NCBI RefSeq assembly: GCF_006345805.1
Contig: NC_043000.1
Coordinates: 150,722,001-150,786,000, forward strand
Reading direction: 5' to 3'
Source: Octopus sinensis
Taxonomy: Eukaryota
DNA: 64,000 nt
The translations under genes were made by a program, and so were the position numbers. The notes under the pieces are model-generated. The model made no database searches. It was not told the origin of the DNA and saw only the letters and a list, made by a program, of their open reading frames with translations. Positions 52,835 through 64,000 of the stretch are shown here, in pieces; positions within the stretch are counted from its first letter, which is position 1, and every line of letters begins with the position of its first letter.

Positions 52835-53612
52835 GAATGTTCGTTATCTTTTATGTAAAGCAATGGATCTAGCAAAATACTACATTTTTTGCTTTGTCTG
52901 AAGACCTCTCAGCAACTAATTAATGACAAAGATTATGGTGATGAAGGCAAAGGCAGTATTGATGACGATGGGGATGATGGTATAAAGGGGCTCGGTGATG
53001 AAGGTAGATAATGGTGGGGGGGTGATGTATGATGGTGTGTGTGTGTGTATATATCTGTAGATAGATATATGTGGACAGAGAGATACATGTATATATTCTT
53101 GTATTTCATTTTTCACTTCAGTCATTGGACTGTAGCTGTGCTATCGCATCAGCCTTCAAAGGCTTCCAGTCAATCATATCGACCTTAATACTTAAATCAG
53201 TCTGCTACTTGTTTTATGAATTTCTATTTATTGAATCGCTAAATTAAGCTTTTGACATAAAAGAAAAGCAAGTCCACACACTGGTGGTCACACACACACA
53301 CACACGCATATGTATGTGTGCATATCTGTGTGTGTATATATATATATATTTATATACACACACAGAGACCCATACAGTGTGTGTGTGTGTATATATATAC
53401 ACCTCTCATATATATATATATATATTCACGTGAATTCACGTGACCGACCAGACCATCAGATGTTGTTACACATCGCTGGTCACAATGCATTCGCATTGTT
53501 TTAGCCTTCGAATGACGCCACCCCACTGGCTAAGCGAGCAGGCCAATATATATATATATATATAATATATATATATATATACACACACACATATATAAAA
53601 TATATGTACATA

Positions 53613-53640
<28 letters not shown>

Positions 53641-53643
<3 letters not shown>

Positions 53644-53876
53644 CTAAGCAATAAAGGGTTTAGCAACGAATTGCCTTACCACATACCGAATTTAGAAATA
53701 GCAGTCAAAGAGTTATAGCTATTTCTTCTACTAAAAAGGGAGATCTCAGTAAAAACAGCTGTTTTTACTGAGATCTCCCTTTTTAGTAGAAGAAATAGCT
53801 ATAACTCTTTGACTGCTATTTCTAAATTCGGTATGTGGTAAGGCAATTCGTTGCTAAACCCTTTATTGCTTAGTAT
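53641..53876. repeat. Perfect 236-bp palindrome (118-bp arms, no spacer)
   Basis: Checked base by base; centre acag|ctgt lies between 53758 and 53759. Confidence 0.95.
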
Positions 53877-54867
53877 TACTTAAATTTTCCTCGAATGAGG
53901 CTTTTACATGCCGAAGACTACTTGGTGTAATTGATAATTATTCCAAATTAATTAATTTCACCCTTCATTATTACGGATAACTATATATATATATATATAT
54001 ATATATGTACTTTCATTCATATTCACATACAGTGTAGTGGTATGAATGTTGGCCACATGATAATCGTGTCGAGGGTTTGGTTCTTGAGCTGAAGAGTGCA
54101 TAAGTGTACATAAACAAAGCATTTCATTTCACATTACCTCAGCTCAGTGCACTGAAAAGGAATACCAGTGACAGGTGACAGGTTAAATTGGCAAGAGACT
54201 ACCAACGCATTCAATAGGGAGTCTGGAATTCATCGTTACCTAAATATCACAGAGTCACTAGGCTGATCTTTAACCTCAAAGGACCTTTTGGCTTCAGACA
54301 GACTGTTTTTTTTTTTAAACTTACGCACATTACTCTATATATATTTTACATCATGTGTGTACAATTGCAGTGGTACTATGCCAGTAACCATGCTAAAATT
54401 GCCAGACGAAAGTTTTGACACCATATGAAATCATTTAAAATTTGATATAAAATTGATAGTTTTATGTGTTATTAATTGCTCCATAGTGAATATGCATGTG
54501 TATGTTTGTGTTTGTGTGTGCATGGCAACTTTTAAATCCTACTCAATGTAAGATGTATTTTAAAAACACTGAAAGCAGACGCCAGTGCTAAGAGCACACA
54601 TATATCATTAGCAGATGAGAATTGCCTGGTATGAACACCAAAACTGCCTGGTCACGTGATTTCAGTGTACTGTGCATCATCAGTGAAAGGTTCCCACTCA
54701 CTGCATACCAGTCAAATCTCTCTGCCGACACTATATAGAATAAACAGTGGCTCTCTCAGGTTGACTACTGCAATATTTGGCATTCTAACAATAAAACCAC
54801 ATTGGGTGGGATATAAGGATTACCACTAGGTATCAATATTGCTTCCATCACAAAGAATATTTTTTAA

Positions 54868-55088
54868 CCCTTTCGTTACCAACCCGGCCAAAACCACCTC
54901 TGGCTCTGCAGTACAAATGTCTCGTTTTCATAAGTTTTGCATTAAACTATTCCACCAAGCCTTAGTCACAATTTATGTTCCTAACACTCACTGAAAGTTA
55001 ACTAAGTTATTTTACTAAATTCTTTGTTATATTTAAAGTAATTGAAAGAAACACAGAACATCTCAAAATAAATACAGCAACAAAAGGG
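54868..55088. mobile_element. piggyBac-type MITE, family A, opposite orientation (221 bp)
   Basis: TTAA|CCCTTTCGTTAC...CAACAAAAGGG|TTAA. Confidence 0.85.
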
Positions 55089-55649
55089 TTAATAAGCCTG
55101 TTGACTGTTTGTGATGTCAGTGGCTGAAAGGTCACTGTTGCTGTCAGTTGCTGCTTAGCTTTCTGTCAGAGCACAGCTCTGCTTGAATTCATCATACTTT
55201 CCCTATGGGAAAAAGTAGTGTGTTTATGAACATTTCTGGTGATGAATGGTCTTCAGGAATGAATTAAATTTCATTGTATTTGTTCGTCTATGTTTCTATG
55301 GTAGCATTGTTTTACAATCGGATATCATTTTTGTCATTAATCTTTATCTTTCATTCAACTGAAGGATCTTTATTTCTACATGTCTTTAAAGATGCAAAGG
55401 AGGTAATTTGTTGACAAGGGAAATGACAACATCACTACTTTAGCTTAATGATTTCCAAAGAAACCTAAATGTAAACAAACACACAAGCATGTACACATGC
55501 ATGCATGTGCACACACACACACGTGTGTGTGTGCATACATGTTTTGGAAGCAAACTTGTTAATCACACAGCCATGCCTGAAGGTAATGCATTTGTGTATG
55601 TGTGTGTGTGTGTGTGTGTCTGTGCACGTACATGTGTGTGTGTGGTGGT

Positions 55650-56525
55650 GGGGAGGGTCGGTCCTCAATCCCCTCCTTTTTATTATAGTCCACCGAGCTT
55701 CAGCAGAAGAGTTTAATTCCATTTGTCTTTGGTAATCTCTGTATGCTGATGACCTAGTTCTTATTGAAGAATTTGTAGAATTCTTGAAGAAGAAATGCAG
55801 GCTTAGAAGCAAATTCTAGAATCAAAAGGCTTTAAAATATACTTGATAAAGGCCAAATTTAAGTTGGTAGAGAAGAAACTAGTCCCTACTACTATCTGAA
55901 GAGAGTAGGTAGAAATGTTATGGTAAAGGCATGTGACCAAGTGGTAAGGATATTTCATTCATAATCATAAGATCACGGTTTCAGTTCCTGGACCAGGCAG
56001 TACATTGTGTTCCTGAGTAAAACACTGCATTTCATATTGTTCCAGTCCGCGAAATTGTAAATGAATTCTAGCGATATTTGGTAAGTTGATCCTGCAATGG
56101 GACTGACATGCTGTTGAGAGGGGAGTGTTGAAAACTTACTTGTATGCCATGGAAATGAGGTTAAGCTCCAGCCTTACAAGTCCTAGGGCTCATAACAGAC
56201 CTAAGTAATTTCATGGGATGTACCCGGTGAAAACAGTGGTTGCACAACAGCCATAAGCACAAAGTTCACCTTAGAATTATGCCACCTGTACTGCCCCAAG
56301 GATCCCAAGAAGTAGTTGGTAACTTTGGTTTCCTAGGTGATCTAATTAGTATTGAGAGTAGTTGTTCTAAAGGCATCGGTGCCAGTGTATGAACATGGTA
56401 GAGAATGTTCTGTGAGCCATTGCCTCTGTTGGCAACAAGGAGTTTTCTTCAGAGTGCAGAGGCAGATTTCTGGATGGTTGTTTGCCAAAGTGCAATACTG
56501 CACAGTAGCAAGACCACAGTGGGTT
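55650..56525 (+). mobile_element. Degraded RTE RT (two pieces split by a SINE)
   Basis: GSVLNPLLF...LYADDLVL at 55650-55890 and an F..LGDLI...LPLLAT remnant at 56290-56525. Confidence 0.6.
55925..56200 (+). mobile_element. Degraded tRNA-derived SINE interrupting an RTE fragment
   Basis: Eroded A and B boxes and a tgtgttcctgagtaaaacact domain; sits between two collinear RTE RT pieces. Confidence 0.5.
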
Positions 56526-56689
56526 TGTTGAAATTAGAAAGAAGGAAGGAAGGAAAGAAAGAAGGAAAGAAAGAAAGAAATGAAGTGACCATGCTTTTCT
56601 GGATGTGTAATGTTTGTGTACAATTAACAATAAAATAGCAACTGAGTGAAAAAACAAACAAAAAAGCATGTAAGAGATGACACCTATAT

Positions 56690-56767
56690 ATCATCATCAT
56701 CGCCATCATCATCATCATCATCACTGTCATCATCATCATCGTCATCATCATCATCACCACCACCACC

Positions 56768-56801
<34 letters not shown>

Positions 56802-56869
56802 TCGCCATCATCATCATCATCATCACTGTCATCATCATCATCGTCATCATCATCATCATCACCACCACC

Positions 56870-56914
<45 letters not shown>

Positions 56915-56945
56915 GCCATCATCGCCATCATCATCATCATTATCA
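56690..56945. repeat. Compound (CAT)n/(CAC)n array with an internal higher-order duplication
   Basis: The block cgccatc...cactgtcatc...cgtcatc...(cac)n occurs twice; adjacent to a degraded RTE terminus. Confidence 0.9.
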
Positions 56946-57258
56946 CTTAATGCTCACTTCTCCACGATTGCATGTTCCCACAGGATTTATTGAGGTAGAT
57001 TCTCTACTGCTGGATGTCATTCCTCTTTCCAATGTTCACCTGTTTTGAAGCAAAGTGATGCACCTCCTCCCTGCATGCATGTGCATGCACACACAAAAAC
57101 ACAAGCGTGCAACGCACACACACCATTCTCAAAGAGAAGTCCATTGTTGCTGGCAGTATTGAACTAAGATTTCTGTACACCATTCAATACATGAGCTTCT
57201 ATACATGGACAGCATCTGCAACTTCAAAGCTAAATAGATTACCTGGGTGTGTGTGTTG

Positions 57259-57334
<76 letters not shown>

Positions 57335-57914
57335 CATGTGTGTACAAATATATATTTGTGTTTATAAATGTATAAATATGTTTACAAATACATATGTATA
57401 TATATATATGTGTATGTATATATATATGTGTGTTTGGATGTGTGTGTTTTTCTGTATATACACAAAAACACATATATATATTTTGCTGTATGTATGTGTG
57501 AATGATACATGTGTTTCTATGTATGCATTTACATATGTGTGATGTATGTATGTGTGTGTGTGTGTATCTTCCTCTTCATCACCATTCAATATTTGTTTTC
57601 CATGCTGGCATGATCTGGATGATTTGATAGGATCCAGCAAGCTGGAGGATATATATAGTTATATATTTACATATGTAGAATGTGTGCTTGTGTTTGCCTG
57701 TATATACATACATACATACATACCTATCTGACTATAAGTCTAACTATCTGTCTATGTATGTATGTATGTATGTATCTGTCTATGTGTGTGTGTGTGTGTA
57801 CACACACATAGACAGAATCACTCCATTTGATTTATATGGATAATATCATACCAAATTCTGGTGCCTTTAACTAAGTACCACATTCATCTGAATCTAAATT
57901 TTTACTGAACTTAT

Positions 57915-57968
<54 letters not shown>

Positions 57969-58113
57969 AAGAGATTTGGTATTATAAATAAATATGTAGA
58001 ACACAAAACATTAGTATATACTTTTTAGTTTTTTTAGTTTTTATCAGCAGAAGTTACAGAGTGGCTCAAAGGCTTGCAAGTCACTTGAGTCACTTTGTAA
58101 TGTTTGCCAATTA

Positions 58114-58158
<45 letters not shown>

Positions 58159-58244
58159 CACATCTATACACACATACACACGCACATACACACACATATA
58201 TATGCACACACACACACACACACACACCACACACACATATATAT

Positions 58245-58337
<93 letters not shown>

Positions 58338-58961
58338 CTTTATTTAAAGCAGCAGAAAATTCAGCAAAACCTGTTACTCTGAGTTTCACGTTGTTTCACA
58401 TTTATGTGTTTACTCCGGTATATATATATATATATATATATGCATATATCTTCACACACACATTTATTGATTGCAAATGTATTTATTTGCTCATCCTCAT
58501 CATTGTCATTTTTCTGTGCTGGCATGGGTTGGATATTTCGACAGGAGCTGGCTAGCCAGACGACTGCAGCAAACTCTTTTCCCCCTCACTTGATATAGTT
58601 GCTACGGCTGGATGCCCTGCTTAGTACCAGCCATCTTACAGAGTGTACTTAGTGTTTATAACATGGCGCCAACACCAGCAAGGTCAGCAGGTAATATGCA
58701 AAAGAAAGACAAAAGTTCTTCAACTGGATAGGGAGTAGTATTGAGAGAGGTGACCTTTTACCTGGTGATGGAGAGGTTAAGCTATGATAGAGGGACAAAA
58801 ACACATGTCTTGGTGTAGAGGTGATACATGGCTACTCCAATCAGAGGGGAGAGAGAGAGAGGAATAGAGGAGGGATAGAGAGAGGAATAGAGGGGAGAGA
58901 GAGAGAGAGACAAAGAAAGAAAGAAGGGATATTATATATTATGCTACTGTATTTATGTATG

Positions 58962-58995
<34 letters not shown>

Positions 58996-59531
58996 TTGTA
59001 TATTTCTCTATATGTTTGTGTGTGTCTGTATGTATGTACGTATATGTTTCCATGTATTTCCATACATATACATCATATTTGTTTGTATTCATTGATGTAT
59101 ACTTGTGTGTGTGTGTGTGTGTGTGTGATAGTAGGATGCCTGTTTGAATTAACTTGTTGTTGAAATATACATGTAGTTGTCTATGCGTTCCCCTTTTGGT
59201 TTGGTTTGGTCCTGATCAGGTTCTTCCTCATTGATTATTTCCCCAGCTATTCTGGTTGTTTTAGGGTTCTCTCTTGTCTGCTGTGGGACTACGTCTAGTT
59301 TTATTGATTCTTTCCTTGCTTCATTTTATATTCACATTTTTGTTTATTTTGCTAATGCTTTTACACTCAATTAAATCTAAATGGACATTTTTATTTGGTT
59401 ACATCAGGAATTTAGTGACATTAGAATCATTTGATTAGATATTAGCTTGTTAATGAATTATTGATGGAATTGTGACATATATATTATGTATGTTGTTCAT
59501 ATGCACTAATACATACATATGTGTGTGTGTG

Positions 59532-59574
<43 letters not shown>

Positions 59575-59836
59575 CGTCATTTAATGCCTATTTTCCATGC
59601 AGGTATGTGTTGGACATACACGTCAGTATATATAAATGATGTACATTCATATATCTATATAATGATGTGTTGTGTATGTGTATGAATATGTGTGTATATA
59701 TATATATGCACATATTTATATATGTTTATGTATATGTCTGTATGTATGTGTGTATTTATATATATATGTATATATTTATATATGCTTATATATATATATA
59801 TCTATATGTATGTGTATGCATGTATATCTATATTCA

Positions 59837-59881
<45 letters not shown>

Positions 59882-60048
59882 GTATATGTGTGTGTATGTG
59901 TATATATGTGTATGTGTATTTTTGTAAGTGTGTGCATATGTAAATGTGTGTGTATATATATATATATGTGTATGTGTGTGTGTATGTGTATGCATGTGTA
60001 TATATATATATATATATATGCGTGTGTTTTTATATGTACATGTATCTA

Positions 60049-60088
<40 letters not shown>

Positions 60089-60092
60089 ATAT

Positions 60093-60153
<61 letters not shown>

Positions 60154-60699
60154 AATAATAATGATAATAAAATATATATAGATAAATAGATTGATATACA
60201 TGGGTATGTATGTATATACATATATAAAGTATCTAGTATATATATTTTTTTAAAACATTTTTAATGTTCTTTCTGTGCATTTTCTCCCCCCCCTCTCCCT
60301 CCCTCTCTTACTGACACAAATTTTAATGGTTATCAGTATAGTTTCATTTGTTCATTATCTTGATTATCTTTTCAGTGATTAATTGAAAATTGCACTCTTT
60401 GATCCTTTAATGTGTATTTTCATCGTTAGTGATATTATGACTCTGGGGACTATCTTATTTTCCTTCAATATTTACATTCACAATGTTAATGCTTAACATC
60501 ATTAAATTTTTGTTTTACAGTCAAGTCTTTTCCTAATTTTTAAAATTCATTTTTACAATATTTCATTGATACTCCAATAATCTTTACAAAAATCTTTACC
60601 ATTCTTATCTCTTTTCTGTATAAAATTCCAGAACACACACACACACACACACACATACATACATATATACGTATACATATATATATATACACACACACG

Positions 60700-60738
<39 letters not shown>

Positions 60739-60764
60739 ACACCCCTAACACTCTATATATATAC

Positions 60765-60803
<39 letters not shown>

Positions 60804-60905
60804 CATATACACACACACACTCACATACATTTATTTATATGTGGCTGTGTGTGTGTGGCTGTGTGTATGTATATATATATATCTCTCTCTCTATATATAT
60901 ATATA

Positions 60906-61290
60906 TTATCATCATCAGTTAACATCCATTTTCTATGCTGGCATGGGTTGGACGACTTGACAAGAACTGGCAAGGTTAGGGGCTGCACCAGGTTCCATAG
61001 TGTCATCATCCTACATCTGTTTTCCATGCTGGCATGGGCTGGACAGTTTGACAGGACTGTGCTCAGCTCTGCTGTCAGTTTTGGCATGGTTGCCATGGCT
61101 GGATGCCCTTCCTAATGCCACCCGCTCGACAGAGTTGTACTAGGTGCTTTTTTTATGTGGTACCAACACCGATGAGGTCACCAACTAACTTGCTAGACAA
61201 AGACCCCTCAACTGAAAGGGAGAAATGGTACTGAGGGAGGTGTTTTTGTGCCAGGTGATGAGAAGCTAAACTATGATAGAGGGACAGTAT
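60906..61290 (-). mobile_element. Two stacked RTE-type 3' ends
   Basis: Two successive ttttc(c/t)atgctggcatggg termini at about 60930 and 61020. Confidence 0.65.
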
Positions 61291-63873
61291 ACACCCATCC
61301 ACACATACACAAATGTATATTATATAATTGTATTATTTAATTTCATCTCCATGTGCATCAACAGATATGTTTTCATGTAAAGTGCTTGACATGATTGCCA
61401 TAGAAAACAGCAGAAATCCATTTGCAAGCCCTGGTTCTCATTTCCTCTTAGCTTTTTAACAGCAAAACTCTGATGACTGCCTCATGTTTTATGATATAAA
61501 AAGTACTCATTTTGAAAATCTTTTGTTTAGTTAGTTTTAGCCAATTATATATAAAAAGCATTGCCTTTTATATATATACATTGAAATCTTCCTGCATATT
61601 TTTATGTAAGAAGTTTTTCTCATGCTCCAAACAGGTTTGATAATGGGTAAAGTTATTTACTGTAATGAACCCTTTCAAATTTGCAATTATTTCCAAAATT
61701 AAAGTGTATTTCATTAGAAGCAAGGTCAGATAAGAGTTTTAGCCAACAACATTGAATAGGAATGATTGCAATTTTGCTTTTCTGTTAATTATTTGTTTGG
61801 AAAGCAATGAAGCAATGTCTTCACAGTCGACAAATGTTGTCAGAAATATTAGATTTCTTTTAACTAGTTACAAGGCCAAGATCTCTCAATAAAAAAAGGT
61901 GCAGCTGACCGGATCAGGCTCAGCATATTACTGTTACTTTGAGCCTGGGAGAATGAAGAGAGAATTCAACTCATGCAGGATTTGAACTTGAAAGCAGGAA
62001 AGGACAAACTATATTGTCATGAATGTAGCCCTGTTCTTTACACTAAACAAACAAGCAAACAAAGACCCTGTCATTACAGCAATTACAATATTTGAGCCAT
62101 TACAGGCTTCATTTATTCTATCATTTATATAGAAAAAAATTGAGTATATTTGGTGTATTTTTGTGAGTGCTAATTGTCTTTGAGATAAAATCTCATGTTG
62201 TATTTTGTGTGTATCCACCAGTGTATATAAGTGTGTGTGCGCATGTATTTGTTTGATAATCAAGCAATTTCTGATACATATGTTATAGTAAAATATGTCC
62301 AAAACAATAAAATCTTTCTCTGCTTTCACTATTATAAGTTTCATACATACTCATGTCGTATGCTTGTATGTATATATATTTATGTGTGTAAACATATATA
62401 CTCATGTATCTGTATACATGCTCTGTGAATACATGTGTAAGTGTGTGTATATGTGTACATATGCATACATATGTACACACATACTTATGCATTTGTGTGT
62501 GTGCATGCATGTACACACACACACACACACACACATACACACTCACACACACACACACACACAGAGTTTTTAGTTTGAATAATCAACAAAACTTTGAGAT
62601 ATTGTCAACATACTTGCAATAAATATACATGTATTGAGTCCTCTGTCAACGTTTGTTATTATTTAAAAAACACACTTATTTTAAATATGTATGTGTGTCT
62701 GTGTGTGCATATGTGTGTATGTATAATAAATTGTGTGTGTGTATATATTTTAAATTTTTGTGTGTGTATATTATGCATGTATATATATGTATGCATTCAT
62801 ATATACATACGCATGTGTGTGTGGGGTTTGCATGTGCCTGTATGAATATATACATGCATACTTGCATGTATATACAAACATCTACCCATAAATTTGTGCA
62901 TTTATGTATATCTACATGTGCTTGTATGGGAATATATATATATATATGCTGCTAGGTTTTAATAATTTAACAATTTAATACATCTGTGTATTCTAAAAAC
63001 ATACTAGTATACAAAGTAAGTAATGCAAATTATTGCATTTACTATAGCAGACTGCCTTCATAATACATCTGTTGATGGTACATATGTACATGTATATATA
63101 TATATATATATACATACACACACATACACACACACTCACATACATACATATGTGTGTGCATGTGTGTGTGGTATATATATATAAAAGGCATCAACATCTT
63201 ATTTCATATGGTCTAAAATAATAAAACTTGAAGTGTGACAATTATTTTCTGGTGGCGAAATTTTATTTATTCTATATTATTCATGCTCCCTTTGTAATAA
63301 ATCAGTCTTATTCAAATTTTTTTCTTGCTCTGAAACAGGTAAACATTTGGGATATCTTGTAACTTCAGTCTAATTATATTATTGTGCACATATTTCTTGA
63401 TATGTTTGGTGATTTTTTAGGGAATTCAGATGCTAAGATAGAATATCTTAGCATCTGAAAACTATCTCAATGTTTCTTTCTGTTTCTATTTTTCCGAAAT
63501 TTCAGATGATATTTCATGTTTACATTGTTCAGATTAAACTAATTTCCTGACATTTTCGGCACCTTTATCTGTAGAATATATTGTTTGATTTTGAAACCGA
63601 AATTGCATTATGCTATTTTGTGAGAATTTATTAGAGAATATTATGAAATCTTTTCCCCTCATTTCTTGAATTTTAATCTTTGTATTTTTACAATATTGTT
63701 ATTAATTTTGGTTCTATTCATTGGAGAAACCTCTGGGATTTTTCTTCTATGTTTTTTCTCTCTCAATATACACATTTTATTTTTTGGAAGGAAACTCATA
63801 AAACTGTTATTGTCTGAAGAAAAAAAAAAAGAACTCATAAAATTGCTGCTAAATAGATATAAAAGTATCTTAC

Positions 63874-64000
63874 CTGCCATGTATGATTGGAGCTATTCTA
63901 ATATAGCGCTGCTACTACACAACACGTTGATACACTTGCACCTCGACTGTAGTGCTGCTTTGACTTTGAAGTGAGTGAAAGCAGAACATGGCTCAAGCAA
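63874..64000 (-). other. Candidate upstream (5') exon ending ATGGCAG|GTAAGA, possibly the first exon of the GPCR
   Basis: Near-consensus donor CAG|GTAAGA at 63874/63873, with an ATG at 63880-63878. All three frames are closed upstream, as expected for a 5' UTR. Confidence 0.3.

Noticed and set aside
53890-53920. Hammerhead-ribozyme-like motif next to the palindrome (cgaatga-GGC-ttttacat-GCC-gaagac)
   Set aside because: A helix-II-like stem is present, but the catalytic core deviates from CUGAnGA/GAAA at essential positions and no helices I or III were evident; at most a decayed relic.
56449-57048. Poly-His, poly-Ser and poly-Met ORFs
   Set aside because: Translations of a trinucleotide repeat derived from a LINE tail; no splice context or domain.

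Overview
AT-rich, microsatellite-dense eukaryotic genomic DNA. The SINE, LINE and MITE content is typical of a coleoid cephalopod, most likely Octopus (inferred from repeat style, not a database hit). Only two coding features are convincing. The first is one internal exon of RELCH/KIAA1468 on the + strand (1102-1240). I found no later RELCH exon, so the rest of the window is probably a single very large intron. The second is a single-coding-exon class A, peptide-receptor-like GPCR on the - strand (about 13001-14215), nested antisense in that intron, with several normally invariant activation residues substituted. The rest is tRNA-derived SINEs, many 5'-truncated 3' ends of an RTE-clade LINE ending in (GAT)n, one longer RTE copy with an inverted 5' segment, CR1/L2-type fragments, two TTAA-flanked piggyBac-type MITE families, a hairpin MITE, rolling-circle-like fragments and simple repeats. 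Most entries in the ORF track are microsatellite or TE artefacts. Most notable: a modular double-hairpin repeat array in the RTE 3' UTR with a spacer-less 26-bp variant, a twin-priming-like RTE inversion, the motif-degenerate nested GPCR with a possible first exon about 50 kb away, a perfect 236-bp palindrome, and three (TA)n-bounded tandem duplications that look like assembly artefacts. No CRISPR, rRNA or bona fide tRNA genes were found.
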